64,000 nucleotides of DNA from the human T2T-CHM13v2.0 reference genome, Homo sapiens. Location of the stretch: NCBI RefSeq assembly GCF_009914755.1, contig NC_060925.1. One strand, written 5' to 3'. A model generated the notes under the pieces. That model saw only the letters and a list, made by a program, of their open reading frames with translations. It was not told the DNA's origin and made no database searches. Both the position numbers and the translations under genes were made by a program. Below are positions 1 through 14,689 of the stretch, piece by piece (positions within the stretch are counted from its first letter, which is position 1; every line of letters begins with the position of its first letter).

Positions 1-206
1 AGAGGGTGTCGTGGAGTAGAGGTGAGAGCTAAAGTGTACGGGTATCTTTCTGAGGTGGTGAAAGCGTTCTAACATTGACTGTGGTGATGGTCGTGCATGT
101 ATTTGCATATACTAAAGATCACTGACTTGTACACTTCAAGTGGGTGAACCGTATGACATGTGAATTGTATCCCAATAAAGCTGCTTAAGCATTAAAAAAA
201 AATAAA
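1..206 (+). mobile_element. L1MB-type LINE-1 3' end
   Basis: L1M 3'UTR motif (GTGGTGATGGT...TGTGAATTGTATCCCAATAAAGCTG) followed by an A-rich tail. Confidence 0.75.
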
Positions 207-813
207 GACATTCATTGTGACTTGCTAGGAGCCTTGGATCAATCTGGAAACATTTGTGGGATATGAGTTAATAGCACAACTTCCCAAGGACATAGATAAT
301 AGCTAGTTTCAAAGCAGAGGACCAACCTGTAGGCCCATTCATCCTATAGATTACTACGAATGGCTGTATAACTTTCTGCCGGGTAATCTTGGGCAAAGGA
401 CACGAATTTCTCTAAGCCCAGGTTTCCTCATCTGGGAAGAGGGCACATTAGTATCTGTCATTAAATAAGAATGTTTGTGGCGCTCCTGATGCCCTCCAGC
501 TCATGTCACATAGCAGCCTCCACTTACTGATAATTTAGTATGCGAAATAAAGTATCATAAAACAAGTTGCTCTAAGCTTGGTGTCATGTTTTCCTAAATT
601 GCTCTTCATTTTATCTCTGTCTATAACAGCTGGCTGGGGTACTCTGCACCTTTTGGGAACTGTAGGTGATAACAGCTGATGTACTGAGCCTGAGTTGATG
701 TGTGCACGCGGCTCTTAACTCCTGTGAGAGTGTGAGTGTGAGGACAGTCAAGGGAGAGCCCTTTGGGGTGAGTCAATTGAAATCCTATAGAACTGAAGAC
801 GTACTAAGGAGAT

Positions 814-1244
814 TGTTGGGTCTGTCCTGCGGACCCTGGCTGATGGATGAAATGAGTACTCATACAGAGGTATGCAGTGGCTAGGTGGCTGCCTGGGTTT
901 AGTGGCCAGAGAGCAGCCCCGAGAAGCTGGAGCTGCTTGCTTTTACTCAGTGCAGGCACAATGCCGAAAACCTGGAGCCAACACAACCTGTAGGTAATTA
1001 ACATTTATTGTTCCCCTTTCAGGGAACGTCTTGGGCGGGTGATCAAAGGTCAATTCCTGGTCAATGTAAGTAAACAAGCCTGTTTAAGATAAATTCCCCC
1101 ACACTCCCTTGCCCTCTGCCTCAGGGTTATAGGACAGCTGCCTTCAGCTATTCTCCCCCGGGGCTCTGCAGAACCTTCCGACTTTTCAGAAGGTTTGTGT
1201 CTTTTCCCTATAGTTTTTCCCACCACTCTGACTCATCCCCTACA
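814..1244 (-). mobile_element. LTR22-family solo LTR (HERV-K HML-5)
   Basis: Reverse complement starts TGTAGGGGATGAGTCAGAGTGGTGGGAAAAACTATAGGG...GAATAGCTGAAGGCAGCTG; TG...CA ends; degenerate 6-bp TSD GGAGAT/AGAAAT. Confidence 0.8.
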
Positions 1245-2173
1245 AGAAATCTTAAAAATAAGGAGATAATTATTGATTTGAACCAGAGCAAATTTATATT
1301 ATTTCTTATCTAAAAAGCCCGAACTAGACTTTAAAATGTTTTCAGTATAACAGGATATTTATGCTAGCCTTGTCCGAATGACTTGCCCAAATTCCCTCCC
1401 CAACCCAATCCTCTTCCTTCTACTGAAACAAATCCTACTTCTCTTCTTAGATCCAGGTCTAACACTGCCTCCTATAAAGTTCTCCCTGAAGGCTCCAGCT
1501 GTCACCTGTATTAGAATGACAAGACCTTTCATGGCCGTAATTCCCAATGTGCTTTCGTGTCTTTCCACTTGTGTACTTAATCATTCTTTGTGTTTATCAT
1601 ATATACATAGATACATTTTGTGTTGCTTTTCCCACTGTCTCTTCATTCCTTCCCTCTACCACTTTCCATGCACACCACTGTCCCATCTACCTGTGGTTAG
1701 CCTAGGGTTAGGGATCAAATAGATATTAAATAAATGATCCTTATTAATGCAGATGTAACAAGAGTCCTATACATCAGTTAATGACTTCTCCTGTGTGACT
1801 TTCTTTTGACCTCTCTCTCCAGAGACATTGCAGTACCTGAACACGTCTCTGTGAGGAATAGGCTTGTATTGTAAATGAATGCAGTCCACGCTGGGTGTAA
1901 CAGGATGGCAAGCATTCCATATAAAGGGGGTAATTGCTGCTCCAATTTATTGTGGCATGAGACATGCAGACTCAACACTATCAAATCTGACTCGTCTTGA
2001 AAAATTCAAAATCCAAACGTCTTAAAATGTTAGCCACTAACTTTAAAATTTGAATATTGATAGCATAGTTTGAGGAATCAGTAGATAGGATAGAGAGCTC
2101 AAGAATATACTCATGTATATGGAAGCGTGATAGGTAATAATAGTGATGCCACAGTGGAAAAAGATAGGTAGGG

Positions 2174-2541
2174 GGCCTTGGTCAGTTCGAGCTGCTACAG
2201 TGGAATGCCATAGACTGGGTGGCTGATAACCAACAGAAATGTATTTCTCACAGTTCTAGAGGCTGGAAGTCTGAGATCAGGGTGCCAGCGTGGCCTGGTT
2301 CTGGTGAGGGTCCACTTGCAGATTGCAGGCTGCCAGCTTCTCTCTATGTCCTCACTTGGTGGAAAGAGAGCTAGAAAGTTCCCTGGGATCCCTTTTATAA
2401 GGGCAGCAATCCCATTCACAATGGCTCCACCCTCATTATCGTATCACCCCCCCAAAGGCTTTGTCTCCTAATTGTATCATATCGAGAGTTAGGATTTCTA
2501 CATATCAGTTTTGGAGGAACATAAACATTCAGCCCATTGCA
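2174..2541 (-). mobile_element. MLT1A-type MaLR solo LTR
   Basis: CAACAGAAATGTATTTCTCACAGTTCTAGAGGCTGGAAGTC hallmark; ends ...AAACATTCAGCCCATTGCA. Confidence 0.8.
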
Positions 2542-3350
2542 TAAGGAAAAGATGGTTTTGGGAAAACTGTTTCACAATCTTGAGGGGAAAAAGGTGAACC
2601 CTACCGAATACCAGATATAAAAATAAGCTCCAGATAGACCCGAGTATGAAAGGTAAAACTATAAAAAGGCTAACTTTGCAATCAAGAGGGAAGGATGTTT
2701 TAAGCAAGACCCCCAAATCAGACTATAAGTCAAAAGAGCAACTGACCAGATTACCCTAAAATTAAGTATTTCAAGTCAAGGAAAGACACCATGGGTAGTT
2801 AACAGCTGGATGACCAACTGGGAGAAGATAACTTGTAAAATCTAAGTGGATTAGAGGTTAATAGCTAGCAAAACCAATGAACTCTGATGAATCAACAAGA
2901 ATGCTGGAAAATAGTAAAATGACTGAAAAAATGGGCAAAGACTATGAACAGGAAATTTCCTGAGGAGGAAGCCTCCATAGCTGGTAAGCTTTTCAAGAAG
3001 TACTTGACTTAGTAATTAAGGAAAGGCAAATCAAAACAATGAATTATAATGAACTGTACCTGTTAAATTTCCTAGCTTTCTAATTTCTGCCAACAACAGT
3101 TACTGGCAAAAGTGTGGGAGAGTGGGAGTACAAGCACCATGTGTAGTACTAGTGGGCGTGTAAACCAGCACAGCCATTCTGGAGTAGTACTTGGAAGCAT
3201 TTAGTGAAATCAAATTTGCATTTATCCTTGAACAATTCTACTCCTGGTTGTGTAGCCAGGGAAATTCTTGTGCTGCTCTCCATCCCTCCTGGTTTATGCT
3301 GTGTATCCCGGTGTAGTTATCAGTGGCACCTCCACTTACTTTCAGAGTGT
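2542..3350 (+). mobile_element. old L1M (L1ME-like) ORF2/3' fragments
   Basis: Degenerate L1 motifs, e.g. AAAAATGGGCAAAGACTATGAACAGG and CAGCCATTCTGGAG. Confidence 0.55.
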
Positions 3351-3360
3351 CCTGATTTGA

Positions 3361-3819
<459 letters not shown>

Positions 3820-5029
3820 TAATATATGAAACACTATTTAGCAGTGAGAAGCAATGGACTGGGTATACAGAGAATGGAGGAAAACATAGATTGCCAAACA
3901 GAAGACATCTGCAGGTTAAACTACTATATAAATGTTCACCTTGGATTTTTTTTTTTTTTTAACAGCAGCTAATGGGCCATTGCTGGGAGGCATTATAACT
4001 TCCATTTCCACTCAGACCTGAAAAACCAATCTATTTCCCTTCCTGCGTGGGGTTTCTGCAGATATCAAGAGATCTGGTCTTCTAACCCTAGCTCTTGACC
4101 ACCTTAGACCCAATTTGCCAGAGAGAAATGGTCCCTGGTGTCCTACAGTTTCATGACACGGAGAAGAGCCTCATGCATGACAAGAAAAGGGATGCTCAAT
4201 CACTTAAACTACCTGGAAGCAGCATTAACACAAAGTCAGACTTCCTTTGAACTCTTGGAACTACTTCAAGGCTCCTCTGCCTTGTCTTACCCATCCCAAG
4301 GAACCCTCAAAACATCACTAAGCTGCATGTGTTTGCTGGCCAAGGGCTGTAATGGAAAAAGGCCTGTTTGAGAGTCTTTCTGGCCCCTAGATCAGTTGTG
4401 AGTTTATCTTCTGTTGCTTAAATACAGAAGAGGCAAATGGCTTTTCTAAATCAAAGTTCTCCGGAGGGAAACAGACACGGGTGCTTTGACGGCTGCAGCT
4501 GAGCTCATTGTGGCACAGCCTCTCTCTCCCTGCACGTGTGTTGCTGCCTAGCGAGGTGATTGCCAGTACCAATGTCTCAGCGGAATCCTCAAAGTACCCT
4601 AAATGCTGGCCCGAGATGATGCAGCCTCTCTGGAGTTAGCATCTTCATGATTAGCAGGTGGAATAGCAAAATAAACCCAGCACTGGCAGAAATAGCTGTT
4701 GGAATCATGCAAAAAGTACCCCCCTCCTCCTTTTCCAGAGAAGCGGCCCCTTTTGGTTTGGAGCAGGGGACAGATCCTTCATACACAGTAGGGTTGGGTC
4801 GGCTAAGATGAAGTACTCAGATCTCTGTATCACCGGAGCGCCCTAGGGGATGTGTGGCATTTTCTCCTTTTCTCTTCTTGGTCTCTGGATTTTATCGCAG
4901 GCAGTCGGGTCTCCCGTGCCTGGCACTTCCTTGGCTGTGGGCAGGAAGAGGTTACAGCAGCCCTGGAGCCTGCTGGGCTGAGTTAGCACTTCCCTTCGCA
5001 TCCAGAATATCTCCCAGGAACTGCCCCCT

Positions 5030-5530
5030 TTGCATCGCCGCACCGGGGTGGCGGCGCGGGCTGGGGGCCGCTGCAGCAGGTCTCAGTCCCTCCCTGCTGC
5101 CACGCGAGGAGTGGGGAGCGGCAGGGCCTAGGAGTCCCGAGTGGAGGATGAGCCGGAGACGCCTGCGGGTCCGGAGCTGCACCGCGCCCGTGCGGCCCGC
5201 GCCGCCCGCCTCCCGCGCTCTCCCTTTGGCAGCAGCCGGACGCCTGGCGCGTGCAGGACCTGGGGCCGCGGCGCTCGCGCGGGGACGCGGGAGCCCAGGG
5301 TCGGCGCTGCAGGCAGCGGGGCGGCGCCAGCAAGGCCAGCTCCCCGGGGACCCTGGGGCAGCCTCGCGCCCTGCCTGCCTCCCTGGACTGAGACGCCGCG
5401 GGGCCTGGGCAGCGCTCTGCCGGCAGCTGGTGCTGGAACACAGCCGGGGCTGAGCTGCTCCCGGGGACCCTGCCCCTTCCAGGTGACCCCAGGAGAAGCA
5501 GCCCCGGGCCGGGGGGCAAGTTCCAGCCAC
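5030..5530. promoter_or_regulatory. CpG island, probable promoter/first-exon region
   Basis: Abrupt GC-rich, CpG-dense unique stretch against CpG-depleted flanks; GC boxes (GGGGCGG ~5318); candidate + strand donors at 5300, 5483 and 5937. Confidence 0.85.
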
Positions 5531-7084
5531 CCTTCCGGGTCAAGAAGCAACGACTCCTGGTTAGGGGGAAACTTAGATTTTTCTTTTGCATGGAACTGCT
5601 GCTGTGCAAGATTTGCCAAGGCTTATAGGGTTTCATTTTTTACTTGACTGGTGTTTGAGAAAAACTGCAAGGAAAGGGTGGCGAAAGGAAGAAACACTAT
5701 AAACTTTGGGGGCGGGGACATTTTCTTGGAAGTGACAAGTAGCCTCAGATCTGCAGTTCCTGGGCCAGCGACGGCATCCTTTGCTCTGACACTCCAAGGG
5801 TCTGGACGCTGCCACATGACCAACACCAAAGACCCCAAAAGAGCCATGGAATCCACGCTGGCGACATCCAATTCTGCCACAGGCCCCGTCACCTTCTCCC
5901 ACGTCTTTGGTCAGCAGTGCCAACTTATGCAAGCAGGTAGGAATTGCGTCGTGTGTCATGTGCCCAGAGAATGGGAAGTGGAGCGTTATCCCGGGTCCCC
6001 AAAAACAGCGGTCTGTGTGTGTCTGTGTGTCTGTCAGTCTACCTCATCTCTTTCTTGATATAATGTGGGATGTAAGACTTAACTAGCTAGTGAAATGTTT
6101 GCCTGGCATTTATCACTGTAAAAGATAAAGTTTTTAGGACTTGCCATGAGACAACGCGCTGCTTTTGCAATGAGTGAGGGGCCTTGTTTGTCCTTCGTCA
6201 TCGATTTTCTCTGTGGCTAGCTGGGGGGTGAAGGAGGGTGCGTCAGGATGGATCTGATGATGCCATGCTGTGGCCATCTTTTGAGGCCAGGTGCCAGTCG
6301 TAGCCTGGTTGCCTTTGTCAGCTTGCCTCTCTCTGCTCCTAAGAGTTATGTTTAATCTATGCCCCCCCAGCCCCTGCTGGAGTAACTTCCATGCTTATAA
6401 GTGTCTGCTCTGAGCAGCCTCTCCCAGGCTTTGACTTGGTTGTGGGGATTCCTCATTAGTCTGTGCTCATGAATTTGTCTTCCAAATGGCTCACGTTTTA
6501 TACAGAAGGGAAAGATTGGCATGGGCTGCGGGCCTTATAACCCATGCTAGCCATCTTGCTAGGATGCACATGTGGTCACATAAAAAAAAAAGGTGAGGAT
6601 GGATGGCTTGGTGCAAATAGTCACCGTGCTCAAACTCACAAGTGGTGCTTAAGACATGCTTATGATTGGGTTGGAGTCACACACGAAATAGGATGCCTGT
6701 TTCTCGACTTTTTTGGCGTTAATTCTCACTGGGAAAACAACCACACATTCCTCCAATGTTTTCCTGGGTGTTATAGGGTTAATTGTGGATTTTGACCGTG
6801 AGTCTCAGGAAGATGGTGAGACGAGCACTGTATTAGGAGTCTGGGGGCCTGAGTCAGTGTTGATGCTTTCATTGGGTAGTTGCATGACCTTGGAAATTGC
6901 AGACTGCACCCCCCTTCCTGGGGTATCCGTCCCCTGCTGCAAAACAAGAGAACTGGATTCAGGGCTGCTGGGTCCATCCAGGCCTGAGATTCGGTGAGCT
7001 CAGAGGAGCACAGCTTGGTGGAGAAGACACACTGGAGCTGGTTTCTAAAACTGGATGTGTCTGCACAGAGAGGCAGCTCGTGGA

Positions 7085-7270
7085 GTGGGTGAGTGAGGGC
7101 TCTGGAGCTGACTGCTGGGTTGGGGTCCCAGTTTCACTTATTAAAAACTGTGTGATCTCAGGCAAGTTACTTAGCCTCTGTATGCCTCAGTTTCCTCTTT
7201 TGTAAAACGGCGCTACTAGGCACTCCATAAGGTCATTGCAAAGATTAATTAAGTTAATATGTGAAAACAT
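7085..7270 (+). mobile_element. MIR
   Basis: MIR core CTGTGTGATCTCAGGCAAGTTACTTAGCCTCTGTATGCCTCAGTTTCCTC. Confidence 0.8.
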
Positions 7271-8136
7271 CCTTCTATGGGTCAGTCAAGGCATCTCTGT
7301 TTGCAGGGAGGGGCATAGCTGCCTTTGGTAGTAGACGATGGAAGCATTGAACACACACCCTTTGCCACCCACTGCACTCCTAACTTGATTTTGGTTTGTC
7401 CAGAAGGTTGAAAATCTCCCACTCCATACATCTGTGGAATATTTTATCTGGAATGGATTAGGTAGGAGGGCTCAGAAGCTTTCCTGGACTGAGGTTCCCT
7501 TGCCTTGCCTTTCTACTTCTCTGAGGATCCTGTGGGAAGGCACGTCGGATTTCTAAAGTACCTCCCCTGCGGCTTCATTCACTTTCTTTTAGAAGCACCC
7601 AGGCCTAAATCAGGCCATGAAATCCTCTGCCTCTTTTTTAAAAAAACATCCTTTATGTCAAGAGAGCAATGCAACATGGAATAATAATGACCAGCAGTCT
7701 CCAGGGAGAACACTCTCCCTGAAGAAACGCAAAGAGGAATCATTAACCTTAAGTCAAAAGAGCTCACTCAATTAGGACGCGAAAGGGATGGAGACCAACA
7801 CTGATACGTCTCCAGCCAGCCATTTACAGTCCAGCAGGTATCACAAACGAGATCTTAAGTGTATGTGAAAATGATTCGCAGACTCTAGGGGTTTACAGCT
7901 GGGTGAATCACATATATTCCCAAGTGAGAGGTAGCTACAGATCCCACGTACTCACCGAGTACCTACTATGTACTGTGCACGGTGCCAGGAACCACAGGAT
8001 CTGGAGAGTAAGTTACGGCTCATACTCCTGGAGATGTTGGTCTCGCTGGTGTAAACATAAAGCATATTGAGGAAAAGAGAATTACACAAAATGTGACTTT
8101 TCAATGATACCATTTCTTCTTATATGTTTTACATAA

Positions 8137-8760
<624 letters not shown>

Positions 8761-9235
8761 CCTGTAATTTTTAAAAATCCTACCCAATTTCCATAGGCAA
8801 AGGAAATACACAGGGGTTGCCCGCATGCCCACCTTCACACCATTTGGGAAGGAAAGCCTTGGTCTGATGCTCAGGCCTTTGCCTTTAACCTCTAAATTGC
8901 ATAGTCTCTGGTGACAACTGGGGCTAATCTTTTATATCTGTAAGTATCTCATGTCTTAGGAGAAAAAGTTGATTTCCAGAAATGGAGCGGTAAGGATGCT
9001 TAAAGAGGTGGGAATGGGAGGGGGCTGAGCACTAAAGGGCGCCTAGGATTTAGTGGGGCAGCAGAGATAGGTTTCTTGGAGGCAGGGCAAAATTGGGCAC
9101 AGATGAGACCAATAAAAGCTTTGACCCAATTAGCAGTAGTGGGAGCATGAAGGTCTGGTGGGGCCATGGGAAGAGCATGTGGTTCTTTCTCATTTAGTCC
9201 CAGTTTGGCTGTTGCTGGCTGTGTGAGCTTCAAAC

Positions 9236-9466
9236 CAAAGGTTGGCAAGCTACATCCCTGGGGCCAAATCTGGCCCACTACTTGCTTTTGTAAATAAAGT
9301 TTTATTGGCACACAGCCATGCCCATTTATGTACATTTTGTCTGCGGCTGCTTTTGTGCTACAGTGGCAGAGTCAAGTAGTCATGAGTGAAACCATGCGAA
9401 CCATAAAGCCAATAATACTTATTATCTGGCTCCTTGCAGAAAAAACAAAAACTTTGCTGACCCCTC
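9236..9466 (-). mobile_element. MER58A hAT MITE
   Basis: Both degenerate TIRs present; TTTTGTAAATAAAGTTTTATTGGCACACAGCC. Confidence 0.85.
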
Positions 9467-11369
9467 CCCTAGACCAGCATAGGAAGCACAGAATGGGGTT
9501 AGACAGAATTTATGTGGCACAATGTGAAAGGGATCAAGCCTGAGAGTGTGGCTCTGAAAGATGCTTATTTGCTGGTACCCTTGATGCTACATGGTGCTGT
9601 GGTTTTCTCATGTTCTCTTCCACCATCCACACACGAGGCCACACTCTCAGGCTCATACATGTATGTAGGGGTTGCTTCAGGAAGCTTTTAGAATAGATCT
9701 GAAAGTCCTGGCAAGAACAGAGTTCTCAGCATGTGCCCAAATCTATAGCACCTGTGCTAGACAAACTCACATCTGCCTCATTTTCATGCCACCCTGCAGG
9801 GTGGATGGAGCATTCCCTAGTTAACCAGTGAGATTTCCATGTTGGCAGAGTTGAGATTTAAACTTCAGGCAGCCCAACCCCAAAGGCTGTGCTCAAAAAA
9901 GGCAATTCCACAGCTTCTGCAAAGGGTTTTAAAAAATGTGTCTTGTCTCGCTCAAGGATTTGGAGGAGAGAGCAGCATTTTGGATCTTGCAGTGGCTTTG
10001 ATGCTGTTGCCCACCTTCCTCCCTCTCCAGGTCCTTCATCTCACTTAATAGTCCTGTGAGGAAGTTCATCCTCTTCTATTTCTAACCCCCCACCCAAATT
10101 TCTTTTACTTGACTTTGCCCCTGCTATAGCCCAAAATGGTAGGTGAGAAGTTGGTCTGGCCAGGCAGGCATGACCAATGGAGGCTGCCGCTGTCCATTCG
10201 TGCTGCCTGACCTCCTTCAGGTGGGAGCTTAAGGCCACACTCCCAGGCAGGGTATCTGCTGATATCGTAATATTCAGAAACATACAGGGGTTCAGCTGTG
10301 TCCAACATCTGAGGATGTTGGGGGGACCTCCGAGGGGATAGGCAGTACAGACTCGAGCTGGTATTCTTGTGGTCTCAGTGCAGCTGGACAAGTTCCCTTG
10401 TCTATATTCTCCTGGGTTCCCAAAATGTTTAACTGGACACCCTCTACCCCCTGACCTGGCATTTGGCTGCGTCTCTGCAGAGGGCTGTTGCCCCATCCCC
10501 TGGCCTGGCAGTCTATTGGTTGGGTGACCCCCAGCTTGCAGACCATAGCTGGTGGGGACTTCATCTATTGTGCCAAGTTCTGACTTGCTAAGTTGCGCGT
10601 GTGTTACGGAAGTTGATTTCCAACCCGTTTCATGTGGGCAGAAAGCATTTCTGCAGTTACCTTGCTTGACCCAAACAACTAAAGTCATTTTATCTAATAT
10701 GTCCTGCTGACGCTGCATGAATCCAGGCCCAGCTCGTGGAGGGTGGAAGGGAGATGAGGACAGGAAGGTGACAGGACTTCAGCACCTGGACTGCTGCTGC
10801 TTGGCACTGTTCCTGGGCTGCAGCTCTGATACCACCTGCAAGGCTCCTCGTTTGCATGATTAGTGAGGGATTGGTCCCCTGCACCACACCATGCAGAAAC
10901 TCAGACATGTGCAAGCCATGCCTGTCTGTCTGTCTCTCTCACCTGTCAGACTGGTACCTATTATCATGCTCCTTCTGAAGGCTGCCAGCTGAACCCCTTT
11001 CCCTGCCTTTTAAACAATATAGGGGTCCTTCTGAATATGGAGCCTAGCTACATTTGGAAGCCAATTGCCAAATTTATAACTAAGAGGGCAAGGGAACTAA
11101 CATTTATGGCATCTGTGGTGAGCTGTGCACATTGGGGACTTTTGCAAAAGTTAAACAGACGAAGATGAGCAAAGAAGCAAGCACACACTTCCTGTCATTC
11201 CGTCCATGGGAATGGGAGCACAGCTTTAAGGTTTCCTTGTATATCCCTGAGGGGTGGTGTGTAGGACCTGTTTCTTGCCTGGCTGTTTCTCCAGTGGAAA
11301 CAGTGTGTTCTGACATTCCAGAAAAAGATTCGCCATGGCGAACTGCTGGCAATTGGGCACAACCATAGG

Positions 11370-11580
11370 TGGCACTTATTGGGTACTTATTCTGGGATGG
11401 TTATTGTGCTACATTCTTTACATATTACCTTGTTTCACCTTGTTGCATCCTCAGAAGGCAAGTGAAATCATCCCCATTTTATAGATGAGAAAACTCGAGG
11501 CCCGTAAAGAGAAATATTTCTCTTAACTAGTTAGTAGTTGGGCCAGGATTCAAATTCAAGCCATCTGGATCTGAAGTCCC
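11370..11580 (-). mobile_element. MIR
   Basis: ATCCCCATTTTATAGATGAGAAAACT core. Confidence 0.7.
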
Positions 11581-11813
11581 TATTTATTCCTGTTCTTCCT
11601 TCCAGACTGTCCTCCAGAAATTAATCTCCAGAAATGTTGCTGAACATCTGTGCCAGCAAATGACTGTTTGTTGAATGAATGTGGAATCTGTTAACACTGG
11701 GGTGACAGTCACTCCTCATAACATGTTATGTTGGGTTGTGATTTCTGTTCATTGATGTCTTCTGTGTTAGACTCTAAGCTTCCTGAGGTCAACAACTGTT
11801 ATCTTGGTTGTCC

Positions 11814-12086
<273 letters not shown>

Positions 12087-12829
12087 TATCTTGGTTGTCT
12101 TTGGACCCTCTGTGCCTTATATGGTGCTGACAATGTAGCAGCTTTCATCAGTAAGATATTGACGCATCTGTTTTAGACCATATCATTAGTCATTTTATGG
12201 GGCGGCTGTCATCCTTATGAGTAGCTGCTAGCATGATGAAATGGTGTTAGTGGAATCTGGCAAAGCAAAATTGCGGTTATGTTCATTCTCTTTCTCAAGA
12301 CTAATTCTTCTTGATAGTCCTCAAGTTTGCCTCGACCTGGATTCCAGGTCAGTGGGGAAAACAACTTATTCCAATAGTCCCTTGGGCTGATCAGACTGAG
12401 TACTCTGAACTCCAGGCCTTAAAGGGAAAGAGACACATGTGAGGCACAATGGACAAAGAGGTGGGAGTCAGGATTTCATTCCTTTCCTCCAGCAGCCCCT
12501 CCCTGCCCAATCCCTCACCCTCAGCCCCAAGGTAAAGTATCCCCTACCAGCCCCTGGTGATCTCCTTGGGACTCATGCAGCTGGTGGTGCAAGCACTTAC
12601 TGTCGATGATGCCCCTTGGACCACTGCTTGACCTCAAGAAGTTCCTACAAGTTGCTTATTTTCTTGAGGAAAAAGCAACAGGGTGAAGTGGGGTCCTCAT
12701 AGCCTTGGAGTAAGCAGCGTACACAGTGGTCTCAGCTTGTGAGCAGCACGGGCCTCCCACATCACTACATCAGAAGTAGTCTTATTTCTCCAGAGACCTA
12801 TTTGTCAGAGGCAGGGGCATGTGATTTTT

Positions 12830-13080
12830 AGTATGGACTTAAGAGCTCCATGGCTTGGGTTCAAATTCCACTTCTGCCGTTCACTAGCTGTGTGACCTTG
12901 GGCAAGTACCTTAACCTCTCTGTGCCACATTTTTCTCATTTGCACAAGGAGAATAATAGTTTACTACTTCATAGGGTTGTGATGAGTCTGACAATGAGTC
13001 ATTATGTGTAAAATGTTTTTCACAGTGCTTGACACAGAATGCTATAGTAGATCAACATTTGCTGTAACTATTACTATTTG
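12830..13080 (+). mobile_element. MIR
   Basis: CACTAGCTGTGTGACCTTGGGCAAGTACCTTAACCTCTCTGTGCC. Confidence 0.85.
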
Positions 13081-14689
13081 TTATTAGTGCAATTGCTGTA
13101 TTTTGTTTAATGAGAGGAAGTTTAATAACACTAGGATTAAAACATTCCTTCTGGTCATGTCTTCCTGACAAGTAAAAAAGTTGCTACTTGTTTTCCTTGG
13201 CTAATCACTGAAAAAAAAAAACAAAAAACAAAAAAAGAAAACCTCAACATTTTTTCTTTTCTTGATTCCCAAGGCCAAGAACCGACCGGTTATAAAAACA
13301 GCCACCCCCCGTCCCCTCCAATCACAAAAGGATGTTTAAAGAAGGGCCCTCATTGGACCGAGTTTGCCTGGGGTTTGTGTGTCTCTTGCTGGTATAATTA
13401 ACAGTATCAACGTTCATTCTCAAGCATGTCTTTGTTTGCATGTTAAATCATACGGTCACCCTTAATAAGAGGCAGCTGAGTAAATAAAATTCCAATATTA
13501 CTTAAACAAAATGTGGATCATCTGATCCCGGAGGAAGCCGTTTAAGGTTAAAAAGACAGTCACGGGAAGAAGCGGATATTTGGTCTGAAACAAGGGGCCG
13601 GACAGGTCAGGTGAGCTGGGTGCCACTTCTCAGAGATTCTATTAGGATTTCCAGTGTTGCCAGATCATGTTTTCCAAGAGAAACCTGGAGTCCCAATGTT
13701 CCTATTAAGCCCTCCAATTTGTGGATGTGTATTACCAATGAAAGGTTTAAAATTCCAGAGGCCAAACTCTCCAGCTGCGTCCTGCCAGTGGGCCACCAGG
13801 TTACAAGCTCTGGCTTAAGCGTTCAGTTCTGGCTAGCAGGCTTCCCATGCCAGCTTAAAAGCTGCTACCGGCATCAGCGATACTCTTAACCTTTTGCTGT
13901 TGTTTCAGCCTTGTGTGTGAGATATCCACTGTTTGACAGGCATCTGAGTTCTGCCACGTGTGAACACATGTGTCTCTCCAGCTGTCAGCTTCTTGCATCC
14001 TTGCCTAGCTTGTTGTACGATGAAGTATGCACTAGGATTGTGATAAAGGTGCTTTACTTGTGCTACTGATGTTTGCTCCCTTTCCTTGGTCATGGGTTCC
14101 TGAAGGCCTGGCAGGGGATGTGGATAAGAAACACATAGCCTCAAGGCTCTGAGGCATTTCATTTTTGGACCCGAGATTATCCAGTGCAGAAAGGGAAGGC
14201 CTTAGCCGAATTACTGATACACACGGCCCCAGGCAGCCCCGGGGTGGTCAGCCACAGAGCTGGCTCTCTGCCCTTGATGGTGGCACCACAAGGCAAGAGG
14301 GATGTCTCTGGATTTGGTGAGATAATGGGGGCTGTTTTTGAGAAAGAAGAAAAATGGCCCATTTGTGGGAGAATAACTTGGCGATCCTTCTTTACCCTTG
14401 GTTCTTTCTTCTGAAAGTGCTGGGATTAAATGACCGGAGGGTTTCCTCCTTTGAAACTGGCTTCCATGATACCAAAAGTCCATAAGGAGTGGGACCGTGA
14501 AGGTGCTTTGTCTTCCCCAGGGTGTAGGGGGTATATACTTAGCATTTAGAGTTGGTCTCATTCTTGGACATGTGTAGTCAGCCGGCTTAACTTCATGCAG
14601 GCTGTTTTCATTAGGCCTGATGTGGATATCTAAACCAGCTTCCAAACAACTTTAAGAGTTGATTTTTATCACTTGTGTTCCCAAACCCT

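Noticed and set aside
4854-5647. Five overlapping 163-217 aa ORFs across the CpG island
   Set aside because: Open on both strands because GC-rich DNA lacks stop codons; low-complexity A/G/P/R peptides, mostly non-ATG starts, no recognisable domain.
5030-5940. Assigning a gene symbol to the promoter
   Set aside because: No recognisable coding exon, so any name would be a guess.
10041-10718. 225-aa minus-strand ORF (longest in the track)
   Set aside because: No recognisable domain or supporting gene structure; compatible with chance in 64 kb.
12600-12643. Possible minus-strand exon ending ACA|gtaagt
   Set aside because: The acceptor lacks a polypyrimidine tract.
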